64,000 nt of DNA, from NCBI RefSeq assembly GCF_006345805.1, contig NC_042998.1, forward strand, positions 172,918,001 to 172,982,000. The letters are read 5' to 3'. The notes beneath the pieces are model-generated. The model saw only the letters and a program-made list of their open reading frames with translations, was not told the origin of the DNA and did not search any database. The stretch is from Octopus sinensis. Taxonomy: Eukaryota. Each line of letters starts with the position of its first letter. Position 1 is the first letter of the stretch. Made by a program: the position numbers and the translations under genes. Below are positions 25,860 to 40,029 of the stretch, one piece after another.

Positions 25860-27900
25860 GTTATTCGTCGCATAAAAATTCAACGTTATGAAACAGTAGT
25901 ATTATCGAAAATTTAGAAAAAATAATAATCTTGGAAATATTAAATTTCTCCATCATAACCACAACCGTAACCCAAATCCTGATGTAACCTCTGATGTTTT
26001 CTTCTCTCATAACTTTTCTAATAATGTATATTTGTGCAGGTGCTAAGGAGTTACATAATTTCATTTTTACATTGAACATATTTTGATCAAAAGTTTAAAC
26101 TTCGGGATAGCCACTTCTGCTGTACTCAGCCAATATGCAGCATATTGAAGGCAAAAGCAATATTCACAGGTACCATATGGATTCTAATATTTTTGGAAAG
26201 ACACGAGATTATTTCACTTTTTCCGGCATCTGATCGTTATTTATTAAGACGATTCTATAGTAATAAACGGTAATGCTAGGTTAGATGGATAAAATCAAAG
26301 ATCTCGGGGTTTTAGAAGCAAAATGAAAAATAGAATATAATGAAATAAACAGAGTTTGACCGATAATATCAAAATCGTTTACCACCAGGTTTATCTTCTT
26401 ACAAATTTTAAATTTTGTTCTGAAATGCTAATTTCTAAATGTTGCTGTCAGATTTCGATGCAATTTTCTACAGATAATACTCAAAGATTATAAAACATCT
26501 ATATCTTCGTGATAGTCTTATTTAAAAGAGCTTGTTCAATACGACATTTGCTGGAATAAATAACTCTAGAATTTGGGGTCAGTATATTATGAAGAGTTAA
26601 ATGTTGAGAAGCAGGCTTCTTGTAAAACCAAACAAGCAGTTTTAAAATTGGTGCTGGACATAATTTATGCTATATAAGTACTAATCTGAAGTACATGATG
26701 GATAGGTATAGAAATAAAGTTGCATCAAGAAAGGAAAGGAAGATTTGTTCGACATAAAACTAGATGCTAAATAAAGTATGTCAATAACACAGAAAATAGC
26801 CGTTAAACTACTCACAGTAGAAACGACATTTCACCAAACCCTCCACTACCACTATCATTTGTATGAACATGTCAGCCATATAACATAAATATATATTCCT
26901 AGATTGAGACTGTCATTTATATTATAGTTTTATAACATTAATGTATGTGTGTGTGTGTGTGGACGTGTGTGCGTGTCTGCCTGTGTTGACATATAGTGTA
27001 CATATCGAAGTGATGGGCAATCATAATTCAGCGATAATATCGTATTATCATAAATCTGAAAAGAATCTAGTCTCCAGTCGTTGCGAGCTGATATCTAGCG
27101 TTGTCTTTAGACTGGGACGCTGTAGCAAAAATCTAATTTTTTTCTTTGTGAAGCATTAATTTCGAAATACTGGTGTAATATAGTATTTAATTTCAGAAAT
27201 CCGCTAAAACTATTACCCCATTCAAAATCTTATTATGAAATATATTGCATCCAATGTACAACTACTAAATAAAAATGTGTCTGAGCTGTAAAGACAAATA
27301 CCTTTGCTTTCTGGATAACAGGTACTGTAAGTTATGAATTTAAATTCAATATCTGAATTGAAGTTTATGAATAACCCGCACAGTCTAAAAAGATAACTTG
27401 TGTAAATGATCTCTGCAGAAAATACTCTAGGACGTGAGGTATCATAAGGCTGACAGAAGGAAAACATATAAAACTTCGGGGATAGGTGAAATTTGGCAAT
27501 TGATACAGTCACAAATTTCAGAGGAAAATTCTTTCAGTAATTACAGTAGAACAATAAAAAAATTGGAAGAAGTTTGAGTAATTTCGTCTACCAAATAGAT
27601 ATATCCTAATTTAGAATATAGTTTAGAAGTTTTGAAGAGCATCTGATTAATTAGATGCAGCCCTGAATAATTGGCCGTTTCCAAATACAGAAAATATGCT
27701 GTACTGTCTAACAGGACAGCAAATGTTTTGAGATGGAAACCTGGCATCTACGGTATCATTTTGGTAATATGAAATTAGTGCGGTAAAGTATTAGATCAAG
27801 TACTTGATCTTTATTTAGTTTAAGAACTCTAAAAATGCTGAGTTGCTGATATGTTTTCTTGGTATAGTTACATGATGTTCCGTTGTATGATGCTATGGAG
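25860..27900 (-). mobile_element. Very old CR1/Jockey-like LINE remnants
   Basis: Only weak motif echoes (LLKEFSSEI, TFNSS, EYC) in broken frames. Confidence 0.3.
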
Positions 27901-29567
27901 GTAGATGCAAGTGCGTATACAAGCTTACGGTTATGTGGTGGCGTTAATTGAAGTCTATAATGTGGAAATAGGCAATGTTAAGTCATATCAACTGTTTAAA
28001 TCGAATTTTGTTCGAAGGAAGACGTATTGATCAACAAAGTCGATGAAGAAGAGTATGGAGAAGATCCTGAGTTCAGAAATGCATTTAAATTGATGTGGTG
28101 TGATTCGAAGAATATAATTTCCCTTCTAATAAATTTAAAATGTAATGTTTATATAGGGGCAGTTTGCCAAATGGTAATGCCAAATGGTAATGCCAAACAT
28201 GGCTAGTAATGCAAATTACTCAAGTATATTTTCATTAAAGTTGAAATGGCCTTAAAATGCATGTTAGCAAAAGTTGCACATCACAGCTTTAAGATTACTA
28301 ATACTGTATTGATAGTTATGCACTGCTCTAGTGAACCAAAAGCCCATGATATGGAAACAATTATATGTGCACATGTACAAGTGAAGTAAGAGAGCAAGCG
28401 AGTGAAAGAGTGAGTGAGAGAGGGAGAGAGAGAGAGGCAATGAGAGAGTGAGGGAGAAATAGATGTGGAGAGAAGAGAGACAGATAGAGACAGACTGTGA
28501 GACAGCAGATAATAGGAAAATTTTATCATACATAATTTGTATAAGTTTTCTTCTCATTAAACTTGTTTTAGAAATGTCAAAGTCTTTTCAGAATATTAAA
28601 TGTGTGAAATGTATTCTTAAGAGGCGCTACTTCGTAAATCTTCCAATCGTACTTGACATGTTGAAACTACAAGATTGTTCATGTATTTCTAAATATTTAA
28701 CTACTTATCTTTACAATATGTCTAACGAAGAAATCAAATATACTTGATAATTGCCTAAAGGCTCATTGTTAATTAAAACATCATTAGTTATTATGTTAGA
28801 ATAAAATTACATCAGTCAATGTTGTGCTACATGATAATGAAGTAAGTCGTGAAAGCAAGTTAAATCTCTCTCTAAGCGGCTTAAGTAAAATTTCAGTAAT
28901 CTTGTAAGTTATATTTAGTAACACGAACAAAAAACTAACAAAAACAAGATTTGCTATATTACTGCCACTTAGTTATAGTCGAATTGTTAGTTTAGGTATC
29001 CAGCTTGATAGCTAACACAGATGAGTAAATGTGCATAGCTCAGGCAAAAAATTTTGTATACTAAACCTAGGCTTATTCTATTTGTTTATCAAAAGGTAAA
29101 GATGTGCATTTTGTACAGAAAAAAAACATGTTTAACTTATGAGTTTAACAAATTCCATGTGTTTAGCTATTCTCAGACTTATGATAAATGTTGACCCAAC
29201 AAAATAGAAGCTACGTTGTCGATTAGATATAGTATCCAGCTTTGTTTGAATGGCTCTGGGCTATTTTAAGAAGAGATGCGCAAACTAGACAATATAGCAC
29301 TGTATACTTCTAAAAATACTCGATGGTCAAAAGCTGAAATGCCGTTGGGTCTGGTTAAACAAGGCTGGCCTGCGGTTAGATTACGAAGACAGTAGCAACA
29401 TCTGCAAAATCAAGAGCAGCAATAGTATCGATTGCAGTAGCAGTAGAAACAGCAGCAGCAGCAGCAACAGCAGTAGTAACAGCAGCATTAGTAGATGTAG
29501 TAGCAGCAGGGCTGCTTTTAACGGATTAAAGCGTAAAGACAATATATATGATCCTAGAGAGTTGTGT

Positions 29568-29609
<42 letters not shown>

Positions 29610-29870
29610 TATATATATACCTGTTAACGATTCTGCCAATTCGCCGCCTTTTCATGTAATATAATACGCGTACATACATACACACATACCTACATTCAAA
29701 CATACATACATACATACATGCATATATATATCCTTTAAGTTCGTTTACGGTAAACTTTTTGAATATGCATATAAAGACTCCTATTTTATTATGCCGGCTA
29801 CAGCCTAATGACACTAACTGTCAATAACAATTTGTGGGGGTTGCACTGATCTGTGCCCATCTATTGTAAG

Positions 29871-29937
<67 letters not shown>

Positions 29938-29989
29938 TAATAATAATAAAATTAAGAAGAAGAAGAAGAAGAAGAAAAAGAATGATAAA

Positions 29990-31514
29990 GAACCTTAAGA
30001 TATACAAGATCTCTCCTGTAGTCTCTTACATTCTTACAATGTAGTATGGCCAAGTGGAATATACGTCTCCTTCTAAACAATAGTAATGGGAAGAGCCAAT
30101 CTAACAACATCAACATCAATCGAGGCATCTTTCAAGGTGACTCCCTCTCCCCATTACTCTTTTGCAAGGCACTGATCCCACTCTAAAACGACCTGAGTAA
30201 CACAAGGCATGGGTTTAAAATGTATACTGTTATAGTAGATCATCTGTTTTATATAGACGATCTGAAGCTGTTTGCTAGAAATGACAAAGAGCTAGTAGGG
30301 ATCTTAACAACTGTTAAATATTTAAGTAATGACATCGGGAAGAGAAATGATTCAGATAGAACTGTGCAACAAGACCTCCATAGTAGCTATGAACAAGTAC
30401 TTGTCTAGTACGAAGGAATGAATGCTGGGGCTTGTGTGCAAATATGAAAGCAGCAAAAGATCACATTCTATTGTCAAGGAAGCTTGCAAATTCGCAAGGG
30501 AACTTGGCATTATCCCTGAATTAGATAAAGAACTCGAAACCACTGTCACGAAAAGAGCAAAACGGATCAAGCAGACTGCAAAAAAGAAAGAGCAGAAACA
30601 AATCGAGGAGCGGTGGAGCCAGAAGCCTCTGCATGGACAGTATGTACTTCGAAACCGAAATGCTGATGTAGACAAAACAAGCCATCAGTGACTGAGAACC
30701 TCAAGACCGAAAGCAGAGACAGAAGGTTTCATACTGGTGGCCCAAGATCAAAGTTTGCTTACCAAAAACTACCAGGCTAACGTTCTTCAAAACTATTCTG
30801 ACTCTAACTGCAGATTCTGTGATAAATTTGATGAAACAATAACCCATCTCATCTCGGAATATCCTGTGCTTACACCAAGCGAATACAAAAATCGCCATGA
30901 TAGGGTAGAACAGTATTTACATTGGAAAATATGTAAACGCTACAAAATCAGCACTCCTGCATACTGGTATGAACATCATCCTGAGTCTGTTGTTGAAGGT
31001 AAAAATCTCACTATCATCTGGAATTTTCCAGTCAACACCGACAGAAAGATTCAAGATAATCGACCAGACATAGTTATTAAAGATGGAGAAGAAAATACTT
31101 GTAGACTAATAAATGTAAGTGTTCCCACTGATAAAAGTACACCTGTAAAGGAATTTGACAAATTAAGTAAATATAAAGACCTGGAAATTGAAATACAAAA
31201 AATGTGGCATCTTTAAGCGAGGACTATTCGTGTTATTGTGGGTGTCCTTGGTATGGTAAGAAAGGGATGTTAGAAGCATATAGATAATATCCCAGGAGAA
31301 CCATGTTTAAGAGAAACCCAAAAGATTGTGCCGACAAGTACTGTCCAAATCCTGAGAAAAGCACTATCAATTTAAATGTATGTGTTGTATTACATGAAGA
31401 TATTTCGCTACTGTCCCTGCCACTTCCCCTCCCCAAACTTTCAGTCATACTGTAACATCCTTTACTCACCCTAGGACGCTGGTGTGTCTCGGCGAGTGAA
31501 TGTAACAAACATGC
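29990..31514 (+). mobile_element. R4/Dong-like LINE (same family as 14701-17087), internally deleted
   Basis: RGIFQGDSLSPLLF, HLFYIDDLKLF, CRFC..ETITHL, RHDRV and RPDIVI..KLSKYKDLEIEIQ. The 3' UTR is homologous to 16940-17075. Preceded by (AAT)n/(GAA)n. Confidence 0.92.
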
Positions 31515-32022
31515 TGTGGCTACTATGTCGTAAGTATGGATATGAGGTTACGGGTACTTAGTACCAACATACACCGGAAAAGGTAATAGACGAAAAGGGG
31601 AAGGCAAAATTCCTCAGAGACTTTGATTTCAGACAGACAAAGTGTTAGAGCAACGAAGGTCGGATATTGCAACCTTTAGGAGGGACAAACAAGAGTGTCT
31701 AATAATCGACGTAGCAGCGCCAGGAGATCAATATATCATCATGAAAGAAAGATAAAAAGTTGATAAATATGGAGACCTGAGAATTGAGATCGCTAAGATG
31801 TGGCAGCGATGAGAGTGAAACATAAAGGTTATCTCTATTGTCATCGGAGTATTGGGTTCAAGACCACACAATCTGAATTTTAAAAAAATCACATGGAACA
31901 GTACACATATTGCGTAAAGTACTGTCAGTCTGAGGTCCTTGTTGTGACTTGACAAACAGTAAAACCCCCGGTAGACACAATATCTTCAATCAATAACCTT
32001 ACGATATTGTATACTGTGCGAC
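31515..32022 (+). mobile_element. RLE endonuclease 3' fragment (further Dong-like subfamily)
   Basis: YQHTPEKV, DFDF, IIDVAAPGD and KYGDLRIEIAKMW, then an (AAT)n tail. Confidence 0.8.
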
Positions 32023-32069
32023 AATAATAATAATAATAATAAAATAATAATAATAATAATAATAATAAT

Positions 32070-32616
32070 CCTGATGCAGTACCAGGCAGTGGCTCTCATG
32101 GCTTCTGATCTTAACTGATTGGAAGTGTTATCATGTACATTGTTTTGTCTTGGTATAAAAGATGGGCTACAGCAAATATTCTGCTCAATACCACAGATTG
32201 CTTGTCAGTTGTTTGACCTTAACCAGTGAGCATGTCCCTAGTGGCTGACGATATGTGCATCTCTGATCACGAGCAGAAATAGTGGGGGAGCATCATAGCC
32301 ATGTGTTGAGAGGGATTCTTTTGGGGTTTGAATAGTTCACCTCTGGAAAAATGGGTGGTTCTTTCAACATCCTTAAACAACCCTTATTCAGGGACCGTTT
32401 GAGCGGGATGGGCTACTCAACCTGAAGAAAATTCTAACTGGGCCCCACCTGCAAGGTATGTGCTGTTTATCTGATATGAGATCATCATGTCGCGCACATA
32501 TGGTTGTGATGCATGTGCCTGGTGTACCTTTATCAGACGGGTAGTCATGATGGGTATATTGGGCTTCGTATATTTTACCCCAGTGTCCTTTGATGGCATG
32601 AACTGCTCTCTCACTC
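32070..32616 (+). mobile_element. ~540-bp (AAT)n-flanked non-coding retroposon
   Basis: Full-length homolog of 13988-14520. Confidence 0.85.
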
Positions 32617-32648
<32 letters not shown>

Positions 32649-32664
32649 TAATAATAATAATAAC

Positions 32665-32730
<66 letters not shown>

Positions 32731-33339
32731 TAATCGATGGATGGATGGAATTTATAAATTTTTTAATGCATCGTTACGCGCGTTTCCACAATTCACATGT
32801 TTCTTAAGCTCATAGTCCGTTTGCCTGAGATGATTACAGTACAGTCTGTAGTATTCATGAACATCGGAAGGATCATATTCATGCATTCGTTTCTTTGGGC
32901 GATATGACCAGAAGAAATGATCGCATGAATATGATGCCCTTCCACCCCGTGTGTGTGCATATGTTAAAAATGTATTAGCATTTTACTTATACATCAAAGT
33001 GTCTTACCGTTGTATGTGCACCACACTTACAGAAGTAATATCTAATGATCTAACGAAGGAATCTCTATGCGTTCGCTCTATGTACATGTGAGAAGAGTAG
33101 CTATAATTTCCTTAAGATACTTGAGAAATTATTTATAATCTTTAATCATAGATCATTTAATCCAACGCTAACCTGGTTTATACAACAATGAAAATAAAAA
33201 GTGAGATATTTCGTATGCTTATTAGAACTGAATTAGATTCCATGTTAACGCTCAAGCTCTTGAGAAAGCATTATTTTGTTTGTGTGACCCAGGAGGATAG
33301 GAGCTGTACAGATAACCGTCGCATGTCTTTCAAAGTGGT

Positions 33340-33660
33340 GACATTCATACGGTTGATATTGAGTTTGAACATCTGCATGCCGGTGTATGCACGAAAGATA
33401 TGAATAGAATAGAATTCCACATTGTTGATGTTTTGGGGACGAAAATATTAGACATTGTAATTTGTGTGAAACATAAGAATGGAAAACCTGGATAAATGAT
33501 GGATGAAGGTGAGATTTGAGTGGACGAATTATACATTTATACGGCTCTCATAGCTCTCAGGACAGACAAAAGAGTCAGTGTGAAGAGGCAGTGAAATTCT
33601 CAGCTAGAGAATAGAGTGCGTTGGTGAGGGAGACGTTGCCAAGACAAATTCGAATTTTCC
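33340..33660 (-). mobile_element. CR1/Jockey-like LINE 3' end
   Basis: NIFVPKTSTMWNSI resembles the C-terminal 'SFFPRT..LWNSL' motif. Confidence 0.5.
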
Positions 33661-34376
33661 CTTTGATTCAAATTAACGGGCATTTATGCCAATACGAAAT
33701 GAAACGGTATTACATCAATATATATTATATGAAATTAAAAGCGAAACAACAAATAAGCTTAAATGCATTATTATTAACACATTAATCTAATCGCTTCATA
33801 TTAGATTTCAAATGTTAATAAAACGAATTTATTTGAAGGTTGCATAAACTAATTAAACGTTTCAATCATGGTTTTTTTTTTAAGCAATTCTCGGATAAAT
33901 CTAATCGTGTAATATTTTGAAAAGCTTTCTGAATACACGATTCATATGCTTTCAAACAATTTATTTCAAATCATATAGATGATATATTTGAAAATAATTA
34001 ATTCCAGATATTATATTTTAGATACAATAAAAAATAAATGTTCGAAAGGAAAGCAGTGGAAACGTCAATTAATAGGAGCTGTTATATTTCGAAGATATTT
34101 AGTAATTGTATGATTATGGATGCAATTTTAAATATGATTGTGTGCTCGTTTGTGACAATGTTTATGATTGTGTTTATGATTGAGTGAACGTATGTTAGTG
34201 TATCTTTGCGTTTGAATGCTTTAATATATTAAATAAATCAATTCGGCTATTTCAATATGATTACCCTTCTTTATTTGAAAATGGGTAGTAAATAGGATTA
34301 ATTATTCAAGTAACTAATTAACTGAAGATACAACGACTTTCAGATTTACACACACAGACTAGCACGCTCAGGCACT

Positions 34377-34503
34377 ATCCTTTTAGTCAAAGAGCGTAGG
34401 CTCAAAATGTAAATGACTTTTCCATTTTCCCCGAGCGTTTAACTAATACACCTGCTTGTTTTTCCTACACCTGTCTTCGTCTTTTGTTTCTATAAATTTG
34501 AAC

Positions 34504-34506
<3 letters not shown>
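34377..34506 (+). mobile_element. PLE-type short tail element (decayed copy of 41995-42138)
   Basis: AAGAGCGTAGGCTC(A)AAATGTA...TATAAATTTGAAC-(TA)n. Confidence 0.65.
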
Positions 34507-34554
<48 letters not shown>

Positions 34555-35599
34555 CGGGCAAAACTCCCCACCCTGTCCAATGGACGGTGCTGAGTTGTCA
34601 AGCATTTAAACCGAATTTTCTCAAAACAACTTGTCCGACCACCCCATAGGCATCCCCTTTGAGAAACATTGATTTAACCTAAATTTGAGACACTAGCAAA
34701 ATAAGAAATAAAGATAGACTTTTTTCTATTCCAAAGAAAAACGATTTTATTCACACAAATATGCAACCGAAGAGTTTAAAGTACCAGTAATCGATAGTAT
34801 TCTCACCTGGAATCAATTTTCGTAATTTTTTCAAGACTTATACACGCCCCGATACCGTCGGTATCTACATATTTGAGTGCAATCGGATGGAGCATGCCCG
34901 AGATCCTAGAAGACACACACACAGACAGAACGGATTTTATATATATAATATATATTTATATATATAATATATATATATATATATGTGTGTGAGTGTTTGT
35001 TTGTGAGTATATACATACACATAAACCTACAGGTAAATACATACATAGATGCCTACATAAATTTATGCAGGTGTATATGGAACAAAATGAACACAGTCCA
35101 ATGATTAAAAGAAGTAAAAGAATAAAGATGTATGTGTGTGTGTGTATGATTGTATGTGTGTGTATGTGTACCACGATTCTATCGAAAACAATCCAAAAGT
35201 GTGTCAGTATTAACTGACGTGAGTTGTTCAAATTGCACATTCTGCTAGATTAGTTAATCTACCAGCTTGTTCTTTATCGTATCTGTTGAAAGTACTGGAT
35301 ACTGGGCTTAAACAACCGGACGTCATAGAACAGCTACAACATCGAAGACAAACAACGCAATGAAACAATCAATTGTGAAAGGAATCGCCAGCAAATGACA
35401 CCAATGAATGCCTGGCAACTAAATTTCAATCCGTGAGCTAGTTGCACAATTGGACAAGTGGTTGTAATGTATTACAAAGACGGCGGAAGGTTTTGAGTAT
35501 TAGAGTGTTTGTGCAAAGTGGTTAACCAGGCAGTTGATACCTCTTTTGAAGGAGATAATTGCGGAAGGTTTTGAAGCTAATGAAGATGCTTTGAATCTA

Positions 35600-35990
35600 A
35601 TGGAAATACATTTTTCTAGATGTAATTACGAGAAATTAAACCTAGTTGTATTTTTATGATCTGGAAACGAAGGTACAGTCCATCGAACGACGTCAAACTT
35701 CTCTAAGGCCTAAAACGTTGAAGAGCCAGTGATTGGCAGAGAAAACCATGGTGTCTGTTTAGGGCTGTGTCAAAGGCGTCACTCTCCTTGATATTCTGGA
35801 ACGTAGTTGTACTGTGAACAGTGAGCCTTGATTGAGGCACTAAAATACTTTTAAAAAAACATTAGGAGGAAAAGACGAACAAGATTCGAGTATGAAAACG
35901 AATCAGATTTCACCATGATAGTGCACAACTACACACATTTTTGTCTATAAATCAGGCAATCGATACATTGAGCTACCCGTAACAAATATT
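35600..35990 (+). pseudogene. mariner-type transposase remnant (catalytic domain)
   Basis: YDLETKVQSIE..RPKTLKSQ*LAEKTMVSV..KGVTLLDILERSCTVNSE..IRRKR..FHHDSAQLH matches mariner YDPETK.QS...AGKVM..VFWD.KG...HDNARPH. Confidence 0.8.
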
Positions 35991-35994
35991 TCTT

Positions 35995-37080
35995 TATCAG
36001 TCTGATTTACCACCCATCTCTATCTTCCACAACGTGTTCCTCTCTCTTATATCCAATAATATTTGTCTAATGATCGACACATGTCTTTGCACAACGACCA
36101 ACCCGATTACAACCACTTCACTGCGTCTAAAGTAGAGAGTCACTAACCAGATCCTCTTTACTTCCCAAGTATTGCCCAGCAAAATAAACTCTTCTTTTTC
36201 TCATGATGTCTGATACTTTAGCAAGCTTAATGTATAATCTGTCATTGACAGGGTGCTCTCTCCAAGATACTTTAAAAGATGGCATATATTAAGCTCATAT
36301 AGGTGCTCCCAATCAGGATAATAGAAGATATGAAAATGAAAGTTTCTTCATTCAATTAAAATCATATCTCATGACGTCTTGAACTGCCAGTGCTCAACGA
36401 AATTTTCATAGGACTTCAAGAAATTTGAAACTTTAACATCGATGTTAGAAAACGTTGATCCCCACTAGTAATTTCCTCATCATTAGTGATCAAAGGCATG
36501 ATTTCAGTCCAGATTGCCTTTTGAGCCACATTGTACACCCGGACGACATCCATTGAATCTATAAAGGCAGAGTCTTGAGTACCACATGTGTATCCAGTAA
36601 TAAAAGCTATAACATACTGAGTATAGGCGAAGAACTCCCTGTATTTACTCTGGGGAAAGATACATACCCTGCAAGTTAATAGATACCAACAACATTCACC
36701 TGTGATACATATATTACATCCCACCTTGAAAGAAACATCATCACAATTCAGCAATAATGAATGATTGCTAAAGTTGATAAGCAGAATAGATTAGAACACC
36801 TCCAAACATTCACGTTGTAATAGAAAATGTCATTTGTTCCATGTTAGTCCTGAAGATATCGTGCATATCTTTAGTAGAAATGGAATGTATCCATTGCTTT
36901 AAATATAAGGAATTCTGGTAGAACATTCCAAAAGAAGCAGCAAACCAGTAGAAGGACGAAAAAAGGCTCAAATTGTTCTCTGGAGCAGGAAACAAAAGTC
37001 GTGTGCTATTGTTTAAGTTAGTTACCAAATGGATCAGCGTTTCTCACCCAAAGCTTTTGAGCAAGAGAGCTTCAATGTGA
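35995..37080 (-). mobile_element. RTE-like LINE RT C-terminal remnant
   Basis: The minus frame reads KVSWREHPVNDRLYIKLAKVSDIMRKRRVYFAG (RTE 'ISW.DH.TN..LY...IR.RRL..AGH'). A related scrap (TCTTGAACTGCCAG) lies at ~12560. Confidence 0.65.
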
Positions 37081-37609
37081 AATAATAGGAATTTACATAT
37101 CTTGTAACCTGGTTATAGGTTTTCATCTATACGTATTATCACAGATAAACTGGGTTAGGTAAACAATAAGATTTGCATAAAAGCTAATAAATTCTGTTTG
37201 TTTTGTCCGAGAATAAATAAATGAAACTGACTCGAACCTTCTAAATCAAATCGATTATTGGTACTTATTTGTAAATATTCCGAAGAGTTTCCTGATATTA
37301 CTCTACATGCACAAACAACGAGTATTCATGCACAATCTTATCTTGTACTAGAGGTGTGTACAATCCTTATATGAGGGCAAACAAATCACACTTGTGTCTA
37401 CAATTATACATAGATAACTACACTCAATAATCGACAAATACCTGGAGTTGTCGTGACTAAAACAAAGAAAGTTTCTTATTTTGCTAGTGATCAGCTTGAA
37501 GAATATACCCATTGTTGGTTACTTGGTCACGCTATCTTTTAGAGGATTATTCTCTCTTCGTCCTTCGTACTTGTTACAACGCTTTCTCCTATTTGATGCA
37601 GCTAATATT

Positions 37610-37738
37610 GGTTCCAATTTTTGGCACAAAGCTAGCAAAGTTGACCTTATCAGAATTTGAACACGGAACGTGAAGACGGACAAAATGCTGCTAAGCATTT
37701 TTCCCGGCGTGCTAACGTGTCTGCCAGCTTGCCACCTT
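37610..37738 (-). mobile_element. SINE family C fragment
   Basis: Reverse complement of the head GGCAAGCTGGCAGACACGTTAGCACGCCGGG. Confidence 0.65.
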
Positions 37739-38128
37739 CAATGCAACTATTTCAATTGCTTCTAATACAGCTTATTTATATCTTTCTCATCCTATTCCTC
37801 CCATTTCTACTCTTACGACTCTTACGTCCACCCACAACAACTTTGGAAATTTATTATTCGTTTTGCCGTCGGTGTTTAAAGTCTACCATTTTCAATACCT
37901 GAGTGCTATGACGGGTAATGTTGGAAATAGAGTTTTGTCGCTCGCGGTAATATCTTGTAATTTTAAATTGGTACCATAATTACAATTGTTATGTATACTG
38001 TTAGGTTTCCAGACTGAAAACCAATTAAAATATTGTTCCTGAAATAATAAAGTACTATAGTTTTATTATAACTAAGAGTATTATTATTATAATTATAATT
38101 ATAATTATTATTATTATCATCATCATCA

Positions 38129-38175
<47 letters not shown>

Positions 38176-38317
38176 ATAAATTATTCTGAATATTAGCAGA
38201 AACATCAACTCCGGGCATCTACCCATCTGTCAGATGATTCCACATTCTCAAACTATATATATATATATAATGTATATGTGTATGTGTATTTGTGTGTTTG
38301 TGCGCTTGTGTGTATAC

Positions 38318-38422
<105 letters not shown>

Positions 38423-38500
38423 CATATATATATATATATTGAAAAAAATGGTAAGACAACAAAAGAAAGAGAACTCGATATTATGTAAATAGAAGAATTT

Positions 38501-38537
<37 letters not shown>

Positions 38538-38540
38538 TTA

Positions 38541-38598
<58 letters not shown>

Positions 38599-38982
38599 CA
38601 CACACACACATACATATAAATATACATATATACATATAACTCGCTTATTTTGTAAATACCATTACATTTTCTGTTGTGTTATTTTCTCTCTTTCCTATCT
38701 GATGACTGTAGCTTGTGGTTTGAAATAATTTTGCTGGATATATCTAGCAGATCTAGTAACTGATTGACATCGGCTCCCAGTAAATTTAATTGTTGTGCAT
38801 CTCCATGTTAATTGTAGACAAAGTAAGCTCTGATGAAAGGTGTTGCAATCATGAATCAACATCGTTTTTATATTGTTTAATATTGCCTCAATTTAAGATG
38901 GGGTGATATGGTTGTTAAAGATGTAGCTTATATCTTTAGCAGATTATGTGATCATGCTTCAGATCCTTACTCCAATCAGCTC

Positions 38983-39016
<34 letters not shown>

Positions 39017-39964
39017 CCTATTCCTTTCTTCTGTACTTCGTTCTGTCTTACACTTTTGATTTAATCTCTTCAGATTAGTGGTTGAAGTTGCAGGTTACTT
39101 ATTTCATAGTAATGAAAGTACGTAACAGGGAGACATCGATTGTTGATCAGATATCATTAAAATTTCAACTCCATTCAACGACACTGGATGCTTTGGCGAT
39201 GTCAGTAGCATACACTGCTGGGATGTAAAAAGGAGAGATATGATAGACCAATAGGTTCTGAAAAATAAGACTCGCAATATACGAAAAGATGAACGTCTGT
39301 AAACTGAACAGCAGGTCAAATCGAATAATGAGAAGAACGGGAAAAATATCTAACAAAATAAATAGGTAGGCAAGGGCAGTAATTGAAAACAGAAAAACAA
39401 TACAGAAGGTCGTTTATATACATAGAATGTCTTCTCACTTACCAACTAGAGTAAAACGTATTGTGCCAAAAAGAAAGATGGTGGTTCTTTTGGACTTGTA
39501 CGGTCAATTCCCAAAATGAAATAAGATGAAGGCTTCGATGTGTCTAGAGGGAAGGGAGAGAAGGAAAGGGTAGAAGTGGGTTGAGAGGAAGACAGACAGT
39601 AATTAGGGAAGGGTGAAGGAAGAGAGAGCTATAGATATGTTTCAGATGAATAGGTACGTTGGAGGAAGAAAAGTAAAAAGATAAAATGGCAAAAAAAAAA
39701 AAGTGGATGCGGACATTGAAAGACGTGTAAGCAAATAGAGAAAAGCAAGTTGACAGAAAGATATGGATTGTTATCTTGTGGACTTGTTAGACAGAGAAAG
39801 CAAAAAAAATGGTAAACATAAAGAAATAAGAAAGGATAGATAGGTTGATAAATATGTAGATTGGTATATAGAGATAGAAAGAATGTGTGCGTGTGAGTGG
39901 TTGTGTGTGTGTGTTTGTGTGTGAGAGAGAGAGAGAAAGACCGACAAATATACAGTAACAAAGA

Positions 39965-40029
<65 letters not shown>

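Noticed and set aside
25861-27747. Receptor-like host gene from hydrophobic minus-strand ORFs
   Set aside because: Frames are broken, no domain motif is recognisable, and weak LINE-like echoes fit better.
28163-28200. 14-bp tandem repeat TGCCAAATGGTAA
   Set aside because: About 2.5 copies; ordinary slippage duplication.
34555-34945. Helitron-like non-autonomous element ending ACAGACAGA..TTTTATATATA
   Set aside because: Single copy in the window with no clear diagnostic termini or hairpin, so it cannot be supported.
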